A DNA stretch of 64,000 nucleotides from Gemmatimonadales bacterium (GCA_035309945.1 DATGEQ010000035.1:4292-68291), one strand, 5' to 3'; positions 16,851 to 27,171 are shown, numbered from the stretch's first letter. Program-made: numbers and translations. The notes: generated from the letters alone by a model not told the origin.

Positions 16851-17672
16851 ATGAAGCGGCATTACCTGCTGGCAAGCGACTTCGATCAGACGTTGAGCTT
16901 CAACGACTCGGGACTCGTGCTGAGCGAGATGTTGGAGATCGCGTCGTTCCCGGAGCGCGTCGCGGCGTTGTCACGTCTCAATCTCGTGCAGCAAGGCGCG
17001 GAGCTCGCGTACCTGCTCGCGCACGACCCCGATTTTCGGCGTGTGACCCGCAACGATCTGCTCGAAGTCGGGCGCCGCGTGCGCCTCAAGCGCAACGTCG
17101 AACTGCTCGGTCGGCTGCTGGGTCAGGGCATCGACGGGCACCGCTTCGATTTCTACGTGATTTCCGCCGCTCCCGAAGAGGTCGTGCTTTCGGCGCTCGA
17201 GGGGATCGTGCCCGGCAGTCATGTCGTCGGGACGCGCTTTGCTTTCGATCCGGCTACCGGCCAGATCGGCTCGCTCGCGCGCGTGGCCGCGGGGTACGGC
17301 AAGGTCGCTGCGGTCGAGGAAATCCGGACGCGGCACGCGATCCCGCGCGATCAGGTCATCTACATGGGCGATGGGCAGTCCGACATCCCGGTCATGCTTC
17401 ACGTGAATCGTGGCGACGGCTTCACGATCGCCGCGTCGGAAGCGCGTGAAATCGCCCAGATCGCCAAGCGTACCGTGATCAGCGACGACGCGCTCTCCGT
17501 CCTCGTCCCGATTCTCGAGGAGATTGCCGGGTTTGGACCGAGCCAGATTCGCGCCCTGTTCGAAGGCCAGGGGCTCGTGATTCAGGAATGGGACCGCGTC
17601 CGCACCGACTGGTTGACGATCCGGGACGGGGCGAGCGACGGCGTGATTCGATTGAACCAGGCTACCGCGTAG
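16851..17672 (+). CDS. HAD-superfamily (IB-like) phosphatase
   Basis: Motif I DFDQT, motif II SAAP, motif IV GDGQSD. SD-like GGGAG before ATG 16851. Confidence 0.85.
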   Translation: MKRHYLLASDFDQTLSFNDSGLVLSEMLEIASFPERVAALSRLNLVQQGAELAYLLAHDPDFRRVTRNDLLEVGRRVRLKRNVELLGRLLGQGIDGHRFDFYVISAAPEEVVLSALEGIVPGSHVVGTRFAFDPATGQIGSLARVAAGYGKVAAVEEIRTRHAIPRDQVIYMGDGQSDIPVMLHVNRGDGFTIAASEAREIAQIAKRTVISDDALSVLVPILEEIAGFGPSQIRALFEGQGLVIQEWDRVRTDWLTIRDGASDGVIRLNQATA

Positions 17673-17690
17673 TTCAAGCGGCGCGCCTGG

Positions 17691-18947
17691 TTACGATCGA
17701 ATAGCTCCGACGAACTTCCCTGGATCAAGCGAAAAGCCCGGGAACACGGCGCTCAGATCGGTCGCGCCCAGGTGCCGCGCGAGGATTTCGCCGAACAGAT
17801 CGCGGAAATCGGTCGTTACGGCGACGTCGCGCCCTTCGAAACGTTGCTCCATCGCGAGCCCCGGCCACCGACCGAGCACTCGGCCACCGTTGACAGGGCC
17901 GCCGAGCACCAGCATGGCGGTCGCGTGACCGTGATCGGTGCCGCTGTTGCCGTTCTCACGTATCGTGCGGCCGAACTCCGACATCGTCAGCAGCACCACG
18001 TTCCGCATCCGGTCGCCGAGATCCCTGTTGAAAGCGGCGAGCGCAAGACCGAGCTCCTTGAGCCGAGCGGCAAGTTGGCCGTCGCTCGACCCTTGGTTCA
18101 CGTGCGTGTCCCAGCCGCTGCAGTCGGCGAACGCGATTTCCAGTCCCACATCGGCTTTGATGAGCTGCGCGATTTCCAACAGCGTCTTGCCGAGCCTGCC
18201 GGGTGGATAGTCGGCGCCGTGCTCGGGGCGATACTGCATCGGATTCGCGCGCTTCAGCAGCTGCACCGCCTCGAAGCCCTCCTGCGACGATGAGGCAAGC
18301 AGGCCGGTCCCCGCGCCCTCATAGAGCTCTTCGAATGCCCGAGTCAACCGGTCGCGCGCCGCGTCCTGTGGCGCGCGGATGCCGAAGGCCTGCAGGTCGT
18401 CGATCGCGAGCGAGGGTGCGCTGCCCGCCAGAATTCGCGGCAGCTGCGGCCCGAACCCGACCGCGCGGAACGGCGTGTCGGCGTGCTCGCGATCGTGCTG
18501 GCAGTAGCGGTTAACCCAGCCATCGGCAGTGCTCTTCACGCCGGGTGTGCCGCTTTCCATGTAGTCCTGCGCGTCGAAGTGGCTGCGCGTCGAGTCGGGC
18601 GAGCCGATTGCGTGAATCGCCGCGAGGCTCTTGTTGTCCCACAGCTCCTTCAGCGACGCGAGACCGGGGTGTAGACCGAAATGGCCATCCAGATCCACGA
18701 CGTCCGTCGCCGGTATGGCGATGCGCGGCCGGTCGTCGTAATAGGTGCGCTCGCCGTGGGGGACGATCATGTTGAGGCCATCGACGGCGCCGCGCTGAAA
18801 GAGGCACACCAAAATCGGGCGAGTGGTCGGGCTGCCGGGCCGGGGGGCGGCCGCAAATGCCGCGCGCGCCAAGAACAACGGATCGAGGCCCAGGCTCACG
18901 AGCGCCAGGCCGCCGGCTTTGACGAAAACACGTCTCGAGATGGTCAT
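17691..18947 (-). CDS. DUF1501-domain protein with Tat signal
   Basis: SRRVFVK twin-arginine signal, FQRGAVDGLN, RSHFDAQD, GWDTHVNQ, SEFGRT..ENG..GTDHG. Confidence 0.9.
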   Translation of the reverse strand: MTISRRVFVKAGGLALVSLGLDPLFLARAAFAAAPRPGSPTTRPILVCLFQRGAVDGLNMIVPHGERTYYDDRPRIAIPATDVVDLDGHFGLHPGLASLKELWDNKSLAAIHAIGSPDSTRSHFDAQDYMESGTPGVKSTADGWVNRYCQHDREHADTPFRAVGFGPQLPRILAGSAPSLAIDDLQAFGIRAPQDAARDRLTRAFEELYEGAGTGLLASSSQEGFEAVQLLKRANPMQYRPEHGADYPPGRLGKTLLEIAQLIKADVGLEIAFADCSGWDTHVNQGSSDGQLAARLKELGLALAAFNRDLGDRMRNVVLLTMSEFGRTIRENGNSGTDHGHATAMLVLGGPVNGGRVLGRWPGLAMEQRFEGRDVAVTTDFRDLFGEILARHLGATDLSAVFPGFSLDPGKFVGAIRS

Positions 18948-20572
18948 TGTTTTTGGAAGTCCGGCCCGCCCAGCGCGAGTCCGACGGCCATCGCTCGCGC
19001 CTGCATGGGGTCGCTGATGTCCACGATTTGCTCGAGGATGACGTCGCGTGTGTGCGCCGACATCGTACCGCCGAGCAGCTGCTGATTGATCGCCTCGACC
19101 AGCCGCGCGTGATCGGGCAGCGGCTGCACGCTCGAGCATTCTCGCGCGATCACCATGGCCGCATTCATGCGCGCGAGCAGCGCGCCGCTGTTCACCCAGT
19201 GCTCTTCCGTCTCGGCGTAGCCCGTCGGCGCCGGCTGCTGATACAGCGGCTCGCCGAGCCGGGCCACCAATCCCGCGAGCCGGGGGGTCGTGTCGGGATC
19301 GACCCCGGCGGCGCGGACCGCGCTCACCACGAACTCGAGCGGCGTCTTCACCTTCGTCTGGAATGCCTGCGGCGCCCAGAAATCAGGCGACGTGAAAATG
19401 GCGCGCAGCACGGCGCGGATGTCGCCATTGGTCTTCTGCCACGCCGCCACCGCCGCGTCGATGCAGCCGTCGGGCGGGTCATCGGCCACGAAGCGCGTGC
19501 AGAGCTTCGCGCTCACGTGGTGCATCGTGGCCCGCTGGTTCGCGAGGAATTTGAGCAGCCGGATGCCCTCGTCCTCGCCCGCGTCTTTGAAGGTCTGTCC
19601 CAGCACGATCTTGTTGCCGCGATCGTGCGCCCAATCGCGGAACACAAAGCCGGAGCCGCGCTCGGGCGACTCGATGCTCCAGCCGGTGAAGACGCGGGCG
19701 ACGTTGATCACGTCCTGCTGCGTGTAGCCGCCATCGACACCTAGTGTGTGCAGCTCCATGAGCTCACGGGCGTAGTTCTCGTTGATGCCCGTTGGCTGGC
19801 GCTGCCGCTGGCGCTGGCGGTCCGCATCGTTCATGCCGAACCGGCGTCCAAATGGATCACCACCGAATCGCGGCCGTCCAAACGGCCCGAACGTGATGGG
19901 CGGCGGGCGGCGCTGCGGCGGCATAGATCCGGGCGCCACGCTCTGCGCGTTGTCGAGATAGAACAGCATCGCGGGACTGCGCGCCGTCGCGATGAGCAGG
20001 TCTTCGAACCGGCCGAGCGCGTGAGGGCGGATCGTTTCCTCTATATAGGAGGGCAGCAGGAACCGATCCTGCCCCTTGCCGACGAACACGTTGAAATGGT
20101 TGGTCCAGAAGTCGACCATCACCTCGCGAAGCTGGCGCTCCGACACCGCCGCCCGCACCACCGCGAGCTGTTGCAGCTCACCGCCCAGATCTCGGAGCTC
20201 GCGCATCGGCCCGGGGGAACGCATGACAATCGAATCAGGCGTGTCCCGCCCTTCGCGCTGCATGCGCTGCCGCTCGCGCACCGCATCGCGATAACGGCCG
20301 GCCAGATCGGAGCGGTTGTAGTCGAGAATCTTGAATTGCTTTTCACGCTCGGCGAGGCCCGGATCGGGAACGTGATCGGGGTCGAGCTGCTGGTCGATCC
20401 AGCGCATCACGCCCGCTTTGGCGAGGCTATCGGCCTCACCGGCGCGGGGGCCATACGCGAGGCGGTTCAGCACATGAAACGCCGAATCGCGCGCAGTCAG
20501 CGCCGGCGCAGGCGCCGCCGGCGGCGCCTGAACGGTCTGGAGACAAAGTATCGCTATCACGGTTAAAGGCAT
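18944..20572 (-). CDS. DUF1800-domain protein
   Basis: HVLNRLAYGP, QLREVMVDFWTNHFNV, MLFYLDNA, INENYARELMELHTLG, VKTPLEFVVS. Confidence 0.92.
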   Translation of the reverse strand: MPLTVIAILCLQTVQAPPAAPAPALTARDSAFHVLNRLAYGPRAGEADSLAKAGVMRWIDQQLDPDHVPDPGLAEREKQFKILDYNRSDLAGRYRDAVRERQRMQREGRDTPDSIVMRSPGPMRELRDLGGELQQLAVVRAAVSERQLREVMVDFWTNHFNVFVGKGQDRFLLPSYIEETIRPHALGRFEDLLIATARSPAMLFYLDNAQSVAPGSMPPQRRPPPITFGPFGRPRFGGDPFGRRFGMNDADRQRQRQRQPTGINENYARELMELHTLGVDGGYTQQDVINVARVFTGWSIESPERGSGFVFRDWAHDRGNKIVLGQTFKDAGEDEGIRLLKFLANQRATMHHVSAKLCTRFVADDPPDGCIDAAVAAWQKTNGDIRAVLRAIFTSPDFWAPQAFQTKVKTPLEFVVSAVRAAGVDPDTTPRLAGLVARLGEPLYQQPAPTGYAETEEHWVNSGALLARMNAAMVIARECSSVQPLPDHARLVEAINQQLLGGTMSAHTRDVILEQIVDISDPMQARAMAVGLALGGPDFQKQ

Positions 20573-20613
20573 GCGTCTGGTCTGACGTTGTGGTCTGAGC
20601 CAAGTTAATGCCC

Positions 20614-22491
20614 ATGGCTGGTGGGAAACGACGGCTGTATCGCGCAGCACGCGTCGCACAGGGCGCGAGTCCGGACACGCCTCCCACCTGGGGCGAACGG
20701 CTCGGTGCCTTAAAACACGTTCCGCCCCTCATAAGACTCGTCTTCCAGACGCATCGCGGCTACACGTTGTCCATCCTCGTCCTGCGACTCGTGCGCTCGT
20801 TTGTACCGGTCGCGGTGCTCTGGATCGGCAAGCTCATCATCGACGCCGTCATCAGCGGCGTCGCGACCGTCCGTGCGGGCGGCAAGCCGGACTGGTGGTA
20901 TCTCGCCGGATTGGTCGGACTCGAGCTCGCCATCGCGGTTGTAGGCGAGGGATTGGCGCGACTCTCGTCGCTGCTCGAGAGCCTGCTCGGCGATCTGTTC
21001 GCGAATCGCCTGAGCGTCCGTCTCATGCGTCACGCCGCCACGCTCGACCTCGCGCAATTCGAGGACGCGGAAATTTACGATCACCTCGAGCGCGCCCGCC
21101 GGCAGACGGTCGGCCGGATCGGCTTGCTCACGTTGCTGCTCGGAACCGCGCAGGACCTCATCACGCTCACCTCACTCGCGAGCGTCCTGCTCGTGCAGCT
21201 GCCGTGGCTGCTCCTGCTGCTCACCGTCGCGGTACTACCCGCGTTTCTTGGCGAGGCGCATTTCGCCTCGCTCGGGTACTCGCTGCTGTTCAAGTGGACG
21301 CCGGAGCGGCGGCTGCTCGATTATCTGCGCTTCATGGGCGCGTCCGACGAGTCCGCCAAGGAAGTCAAGCTGTTTGGATTATCGGACTTTCTGGTGGGCC
21401 GCTACGCGGCCCTCTCGGACAAGTTCTACGACGAGAACAAGCGACTGTCGATCAAGCGCAACGTCGTCTCGACGTTGCTCGTCACGGTCGGGACGCTGGG
21501 CTATTACGCCGCGTACGCGGTCATCATCTATCGCACCGTGATCGGATACTTCACCGTCGGCACGCTGACTTTCCTCGCCGGCTCGTTCCGTCAAAGCAGG
21601 AGTCTTATCCAAAGCGTGCTGATCTCGCTGTCATCGATTTACGAGCAGAGCCTGTATCTCAGCGATCTCTTCACGTTCTTCGACGTGAAACCGACCGTCG
21701 TCACCAAGCCCGGGGCGCGCGCGGTGCCACGGCCGATCGCGTCTGGTTTCCGGTTCGAGAACGTGGGATTTCGTTATCCGGGATCGGAGCGTTGGGCGGT
21801 GCGCGGGCTGTCGTTCGCGCTGGACCCGCACGAGCGGATCGCGCTCGTCGGAGAGAACGGGGCGGGGAAGACCACGCTGGTGAAACTGCTGGCCCGTCTC
21901 TACGACCCCGACGAGGGGCGCGTTCTGCTGGATGGAATGGATTTGCGCGACTACGACCTGGACAGCCTGCGCACGAATATCGGCATCATCTTCCAGGACT
22001 TTGTGCGTTACGATTTCCTCCTGCGCGAGAACATCGGCATCAGTCAGGTCGAGGCGATGAGCGACGACGCGCGCATTCGTGACGCCGCGCAGCGCAGCCT
22101 TGCCGACTCGGTCGTGAAGCGCGTGCCGCAGGGTTACGATCAGATGTTGGGCAAGCGGTTCGACAACGGCGTCGAGCTTTCGGGCGGGGAGTGGCAGAAG
22201 GTGGCGCTCGCCCGCGCGTACATGCGTGAGGCGCAGGTGCTGATTCTCGACGAACCGACCGCCGCGCTCGACGCACGCGCCGAGTACGAAGTGTTTGTCC
22301 GCTTTTCCGAGCTGACCAAGGGTCGCATGGCGGTGCTGATCTCGCACCGTTTCTCCACCGTGCGGATGGCTGACCGCATCCTCGTCCTCAAGGGCGGCGA
22401 GCTGGTGGATGACGGCACGCACGAAGAGCTGATCGAGCGCGGCGGGTTGTATGCCGAGTTGTTCAGTCTCCAGGCGGCGGGGTATCGCTAG
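20614..22491 (+). CDS. ABC exporter, fused permease/ATPase
   Basis: TM domain plus Walker A GENGAGKT, signature LSGGEWQK, Walker B LILDEPT. Alternative start at 20608. Confidence 0.93.
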   Translation: MAGGKRRLYRAARVAQGASPDTPPTWGERLGALKHVPPLIRLVFQTHRGYTLSILVLRLVRSFVPVAVLWIGKLIIDAVISGVATVRAGGKPDWWYLAGLVGLELAIAVVGEGLARLSSLLESLLGDLFANRLSVRLMRHAATLDLAQFEDAEIYDHLERARRQTVGRIGLLTLLLGTAQDLITLTSLASVLLVQLPWLLLLLTVAVLPAFLGEAHFASLGYSLLFKWTPERRLLDYLRFMGASDESAKEVKLFGLSDFLVGRYAALSDKFYDENKRLSIKRNVVSTLLVTVGTLGYYAAYAVIIYRTVIGYFTVGTLTFLAGSFRQSRSLIQSVLISLSSIYEQSLYLSDLFTFFDVKPTVVTKPGARAVPRPIASGFRFENVGFRYPGSERWAVRGLSFALDPHERIALVGENGAGKTTLVKLLARLYDPDEGRVLLDGMDLRDYDLDSLRTNIGIIFQDFVRYDFLLRENIGISQVEAMSDDARIRDAAQRSLADSVVKRVPQGYDQMLGKRFDNGVELSGGEWQKVALARAYMREAQVLILDEPTAALDARAEYEVFVRFSELTKGRMAVLISHRFSTVRMADRILVLKGGELVDDGTHEELIERGGLYAELFSLQAAGYR

Positions 22492-23561
22492 CGAAACAGC
22501 AACCGATCGGCGATGCGCTCCACGATGGCGGCCGGCTCGCCGCTCGAGCGATTCGTCAGCACGATGATCGTCAGGCCGCGGCGCGGAAACCGCTGGATCG
22601 CGTTGCGAAAGCCGCTCGTCTCGCCGGTATGACGCCAGCGCGGCTCGCCCCGATACTGATCGACCCACCAGCCGAAGCCGTACTGGGTCTCGGCGCCGCC
22701 CGGTAACGAAGGCGGCGTGGTGGCGAGTTGCAGGGTCGCGGAATCGACGAGCGACCCCTCGCGCAGCGCGCGATCCCATTTCACCAGGTCGTCCACATTC
22801 GTGTAAATCCCGCCGTCGCCGAGCGTCGCGCTGGTGACACTCTGGTCAGTCTGGACGAACGTGCCGCCTTGCGCTGAGTAACCGTAGGCGCGCTGCGGGA
22901 TCGTGTCCCGGCCTTCGACGTGCATGACGCTGGACCGCATGCCGAGCGGGGCGAAGATGCGGGCGTGAAGAAAATCGGGAAGCGACATGCCCGCTACACG
23001 GGCCACGATCAGGCCGAGCAGCACGTAGCCGGAGTTGCTGTAGCGATATTGGCTGCCCGCCGGAAAGTATACGGAGTCTTTGGCCGCGAGCAGCGCGAGC
23101 ACGTCCCGATCGTCGAGCTGCGCGGTGCGGCTCGCGGGGATCAGATCTTCGTAGTCCACCAGCCCTGACGTGTGGTTCAGTAAATTCCGGACTGTAACCG
23201 CGGCCGCGGTGGCCGGCAGCTCAGGCAGGAAATCGCGCACCGGTTGGTCGTAGCGGAGCTTGCCGTCTCGGGCGAGCAGCATGATGCACATCGCCGTGAA
23301 CTGCTTGGTCAATGACGCCAGGCGATAGTCGGTCTCCGGTGTCGCCGGAACGTGATGCTCGAGGTCGGCGGTGCCGTACGCGGCTCGGATGATCACCGCA
23401 CCGTCTTGGATCACGACCACGCTCGCGCCGGGCATCGCCGCGCCGCTATAGGCCGTGAAGAGGTCGTCCACTGTCACGCGAGGTGTTCGGCCGCTAGCCG
23501 TCGCGCAGGCCGCGCATGCGGCGAAGATCAGGACCTGGAGGCGGCGTACCACGCGTTCCAC
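22488..23561 (-). CDS. Serine hydrolase, beta-lactamase class C/PBP family, probable lipoprotein
   Basis: SxxK (ASLTK), LLNHTSGL, YxN (YSNSGY), HTG. Confidence 0.9.
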   Translation of the reverse strand: MERVVRRLQVLIFAACAACATASGRTPRVTVDDLFTAYSGAAMPGASVVVIQDGAVIIRAAYGTADLEHHVPATPETDYRLASLTKQFTAMCIMLLARDGKLRYDQPVRDFLPELPATAAAVTVRNLLNHTSGLVDYEDLIPASRTAQLDDRDVLALLAAKDSVYFPAGSQYRYSNSGYVLLGLIVARVAGMSLPDFLHARIFAPLGMRSSVMHVEGRDTIPQRAYGYSAQGGTFVQTDQSVTSATLGDGGIYTNVDDLVKWDRALREGSLVDSATLQLATTPPSLPGGAETQYGFGWWVDQYRGEPRWRHTGETSGFRNAIQRFPRRGLTIIVLTNRSSGEPAAIVERIADRLLFR

Positions 23562-23890
23562 GTTGCTTCCGCGGGGCCGCCGCCGATCGTGAGCTGTTGC
23601 TGATAGCGCACGAGCGGCATGCGGAGCAGCGATGGTTCGAGGCTGAGCTTCTCGAGCCAGCGCTCGTCGCTGAGCATGGCGCTGCGCAACCCCAGCTCCG
23701 CAAAGCGGCGCGACTCGCGATCGAGCAGCGCCGCGATCCCAAACTTCTGCGCGAAGCGCCGCAGCTCGCCCACCGACGGATTCCGCTCATTGAGGTCGAC
23801 GAAGTGCACCTTGATCCGCCGCTCCGCGAAGAATCGCAGCGCCGCGCGCGTCTCGGCGCTCTTACGCACCCCAAAGATCTGGACTTCCAA
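23528..23890 (-). CDS. ArsC/Spx-family protein lacking cysteines
   Basis: TTG start. EVQIFGVRKSAETRAALRFF..., ELRRF, PSLLRMPLV fit the ArsC/Spx pattern. Confidence 0.75.
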   Translation of the reverse strand: MEVQIFGVRKSAETRAALRFFAERRIKVHFVDLNERNPSVGELRRFAQKFGIAALLDRESRRFAELGLRSAMLSDERWLEKLSLEPSLLRMPLVRYQQQLTIGGGPAEATWNAWYAASRS

Positions 23891-23901
23891 ATGTCCCGCC
23901 G

Positions 23902-24294
23902 CTAGCGCGGAACCGTGGTCACGTCGATGGCGCCGAGGACATTCCCCTGGCCGAAACGCGCGGTCGCGTCGCCGGCTGAGTAGTAGCGCAGCGACGCAAC
24001 GGAGCGCAGCGGCAGCGTTCGCAGCCCCTCGATCCCGACGCCGTAGCGGATCCCATCGAGGTAGATGGCGACGTCTTGCCCGTTCTGAATCACGGTGCTC
24101 GGCCGTCCACGCATGATCCAGGCGGGACGAAGCTGCTGCACCGCGTCGTACGCGGTCGCGCCTCTGACCTGGGAGAACTCCTCCGCGGTAAGCAGGTTGG
24201 GATCGTGACCCGGACCGGTGTCGCGCGCCGCGCGAGTGCGATGCGCGCAGCCGATCACCAGCACCAGGGCCGCGGCGATGATGGGGAGTCTCAT
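23902..24294 (-). CDS. Small lipoprotein with TonB-plug-like domain
   Basis: Lipobox VIGC. TAYDAVQQLRPAW, DATARFGQGNVLGAIDV. Confidence 0.65.
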   Translation of the reverse strand: MRLPIIAAALVLVIGCAHRTRAARDTGPGHDPNLLTAEEFSQVRGATAYDAVQQLRPAWIMRGRPSTVIQNGQDVAIYLDGIRYGVGIEGLRTLPLRSVASLRYYSAGDATARFGQGNVLGAIDVTTVPR

Positions 24295-24337
24295 CGGCCA
24301 CAAGCTAGCCTATATTCCTCGCTCCCGGCGAGGTGCC

Positions 24338-25195
24338 ATGAGTCCCCGATCGAAAATCATCGCGGCTGCCGTCCTGTTTTCGACGGGCGGCGCCGCCATC
24401 AAGTGGTGCGCCTTCGGCGCGTGGCAGCTCGCGGCCTTCCGGGCGACATTCGCGGCCCTCACCATCCTCGTGTTGCTGCCGGAGTCGCGTCGCGGCTGGA
24501 CCTGGCGTACGGTCGTCGTCGGGTTCGCGTACGCCGCGACCACGCTGCTGTACGTGCAGGCGAACAAACACACGACCGCTGCGAGCGCCATCTTCCTGCA
24601 GTCCACGGCGCCGCTCTTCATTCTCCTGCTCGCGCCACTGCTGCTGGGTGAGCACGCCACGCGCCGCGACGTCACGCAGATGGCCGTGATGGGCGTGGGC
24701 ATGGTCCTGTTCCTCTTCGGTCTCGATCAACCGTCGGCGACGGCGCCGAATCCCGCGCTCGGCAACGCGCTCGCCGCGATCTGCGCCGTGACGTGGGCCA
24801 TCACGGTGATCGGCTACCGGTGGCTCGCGCGACGCGGCGCGTCGGTCGCCGCAGCCGCCGTGTCGGGCAACATCACGGCCGCGACGGTCGCGCTCGTAAT
24901 GGCGCAGTCTCTCGTTTCGGGCCGTCCGGGCGATTGGGCGGTCGTTGTCCTACTCGGCGTCTGCCAGCTCGGCATTCCCTATTTGTTCCTGGCGCGTGCC
25001 GTGCCCCGGGTGCGGGCGCTCGAGGTTGGCCTCTTCCTCCTTATTGAGCCGGTACTGAATCCGATCTGGGCCTGGCTGGTGCACGGCGAGAAGCCTGGCG
25101 CCAGTACGCTTGTCGGCGGAGCGCTGATCCTCGGTGCGACAGCCACGCGGATGGTTCTCGACGTCCGGCAACCGGGCGAGCCGGTGGCGGCGTAA
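24338..25195 (+). CDS. EamA/DMT-family transporter
   Basis: About 10 TM segments in two repeats; AIFLQSTAP and LIEPVLNPIWAWL motifs. Confidence 0.9.
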   Translation: MSPRSKIIAAAVLFSTGGAAIKWCAFGAWQLAAFRATFAALTILVLLPESRRGWTWRTVVVGFAYAATTLLYVQANKHTTAASAIFLQSTAPLFILLLAPLLLGEHATRRDVTQMAVMGVGMVLFLFGLDQPSATAPNPALGNALAAICAVTWAITVIGYRWLARRGASVAAAAVSGNITAATVALVMAQSLVSGRPGDWAVVVLLGVCQLGIPYLFLARAVPRVRALEVGLFLLIEPVLNPIWAWLVHGEKPGASTLVGGALILGATATRMVLDVRQPGEPVAA

Positions 25196-25213
25196 GACTA
25201 TATTCTCCCGCCG

Positions 25214-26461
25214 ATGACCGCATCCCGGTCGCGCTACGCCATCATCTTTTTCACCGTCCTGATCGATCTGATCGGGTTCGGCATCATCCTGCCGATCTTG
25301 CCGTTTTACGCGCAGCGTTTCGGCGCGAGCGGCCTCGCGTACGGCGCCGTGCTTGGCGTGTACTCGTTCATGCAGTTCATCGCGACGTCGTTGCTCGGCA
25401 AATTGTCCGACCGCATCGGTCGCCGGCCGGTGCTGCTTGCCACGATGCTGTTCAATGCGGCGGGCTACACACTGTTCGTGTTCGCCGGATCGTACTGGGT
25501 GCTGTTTCTCGCGCGCATGGTATCGGGATTCGCCGGCGGCAACATCTCCGTCGCGCAGGCGTACATGGCCGACATCACGACACCGGTGGAGCGCTCTCGC
25601 GGTATGGGGATCGTGGGCGCGGCGTTCGGCATCGGGTTCAGCGCCGGACCCGCGATCGGCGGCCTGGCCGAGTACTTCCTGGGCCACATGGCTCCGGGCC
25701 TCATCGCCGGCATTCTGTCTCTCGCCAACTTCGTGTCGGCATACCTGGTCCTGCCGGAGTCGCTCGGACACGACCTGCGGGTCAAGCGGCCGATGTTCGA
25801 TGTTGGCCACATCGTCGACGCCTTTGCTCGCCCCACCCTTCGCCCACTCATGCTGGTCTGGGCGCTGGTGCCGCTCGGCTTCGCGGGGTACACGGCCGCC
25901 TTGCCGTATTGGGCGATCGATGCGCTGCATTGGCAGCAGTTGCAGATGAATTTTCTGTTCATCCTCATCGGCGTGACCGCGGCCGCGGTGCAGGGCTTTT
26001 TCTTCGGGAAGATTGTGCGGCATACCGGGGAACGGAGCCTGGTCATCGCGGGGGCGTTCGGCATGGCGGTGACGATCGGGATCGCCCCGCTGATCTCCAG
26101 TTCCGCCGTGTTGTATGTGTGGACATTCCTGCTGGCGGTGGCCAACAGTGTGTTTGCGCCGGCAGCGACCGGGCTGGTGTCGATCTATGCCGACCCCAAC
26201 GAGCAGGGAACGATGCTCGGCGCGGCACAATCGATCAGCGCGCTGGGGCGCACGGCCGGTCCGCCGTTGATCGGGACTATCTACGACGTGAGCCCGGTCA
26301 CGTCATTCGTGCTCGCGGGGGCGTTCATGGCCCTCGCTTCCCTCGTCGCGTTTCGTCTGGCGCCTCGCTCGCAGCATCCGGCGTCCGAGCGTGCGTCCGA
26401 CGCTGCCGCGGTTCAGGTTGCGCCGTTACCTGAACCCCCTTCGTCGGACTCTTTAACGTGA
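25214..26461 (+). CDS. MFS transporter (TetA/DHA1-like)
   Basis: Motif A GKLSDRIGRRP, LARMVSGFAGG, ~12 TM segments. Confidence 0.92.
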   Translation: MTASRSRYAIIFFTVLIDLIGFGIILPILPFYAQRFGASGLAYGAVLGVYSFMQFIATSLLGKLSDRIGRRPVLLATMLFNAAGYTLFVFAGSYWVLFLARMVSGFAGGNISVAQAYMADITTPVERSRGMGIVGAAFGIGFSAGPAIGGLAEYFLGHMAPGLIAGILSLANFVSAYLVLPESLGHDLRVKRPMFDVGHIVDAFARPTLRPLMLVWALVPLGFAGYTAALPYWAIDALHWQQLQMNFLFILIGVTAAAVQGFFFGKIVRHTGERSLVIAGAFGMAVTIGIAPLISSSAVLYVWTFLLAVANSVFAPAATGLVSIYADPNEQGTMLGAAQSISALGRTAGPPLIGTIYDVSPVTSFVLAGAFMALASLVAFRLAPRSQHPASERASDAAAVQVAPLPEPPSSDSLT

Positions 26462-26503
26462 TCTGCGCTTCAACGTCCTAGCACCAGATTTCCCACGGAG
26501 CAT

Positions 26504-27151
26504 ATGATGCAGAAACGCTTGACCGTCGCAGTCGCCGCGCTGGTTTTTGCCGCGGCCTGCCAACACGAACCTACCGCAGCCCTAACCTCGAACGAGCTGG
26601 TACTCGCCCAAAACGGGCAAATCATCGCCGACAACGTGGCCGCATCGACGACGGGTGGAACCAACTTCGAAGGCTGGTTCCGCCGCGCGCTCGATACGCT
26701 GCGCACCACCGATGATCCGGTCGCCAAGGCCTACCTCGATTCCGCGGCGATCAATCGTGACTCGGCCTTCGCCGCGCGGATGCGCGGTGACACCGCGGCC
26801 GCGCGTGCGTTCCTGCGCGCTGCGTTCCGCGACGTGCTCTCGGCGGTGATCGAGCTGTTCCCCAACGCGCCGCAGCAGACGGGCGCCGCGGTTGATTCGG
26901 TCGTAGCCAAGATCGACAGTCTCATCGGTAGTCAGCCCGCGCCACGCATTCGGCGGTTGCTGGCGCACATCGACACGCTGCGTGCCAGCGCCGATTCGGC
27001 ATTGAAGGCGGGCGACAAAGTCACGGCGCTCGCGCTCAATCTGCGAAGTATGCAGATCCTCCATCGGCTCGTGGAGCACGTGGAGCATGCCGAGGACTCA
27101 GGCCGGGATCATGACGAGATGGCCGATCATGAGATGGAAGACGGCGACTAA
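26504..27151 (+). CDS. Hypothetical alpha-helical lipoprotein
   Basis: Lipobox AAAC, Ala/Arg-rich helices, followed by a terminator. Confidence 0.65.
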   Translation: MMQKRLTVAVAALVFAAACQHEPTAALTSNELVLAQNGQIIADNVAASTTGGTNFEGWFRRALDTLRTTDDPVAKAYLDSAAINRDSAFAARMRGDTAAARAFLRAAFRDVLSAVIELFPNAPQQTGAAVDSVVAKIDSLIGSQPAPRIRRLLAHIDTLRASADSALKAGDKVTALALNLRSMQILHRLVEHVEHAEDSGRDHDEMADHEMEDGD

Positions 27152-27171
27152 AGCGCCGTAAAGAGTCACAA

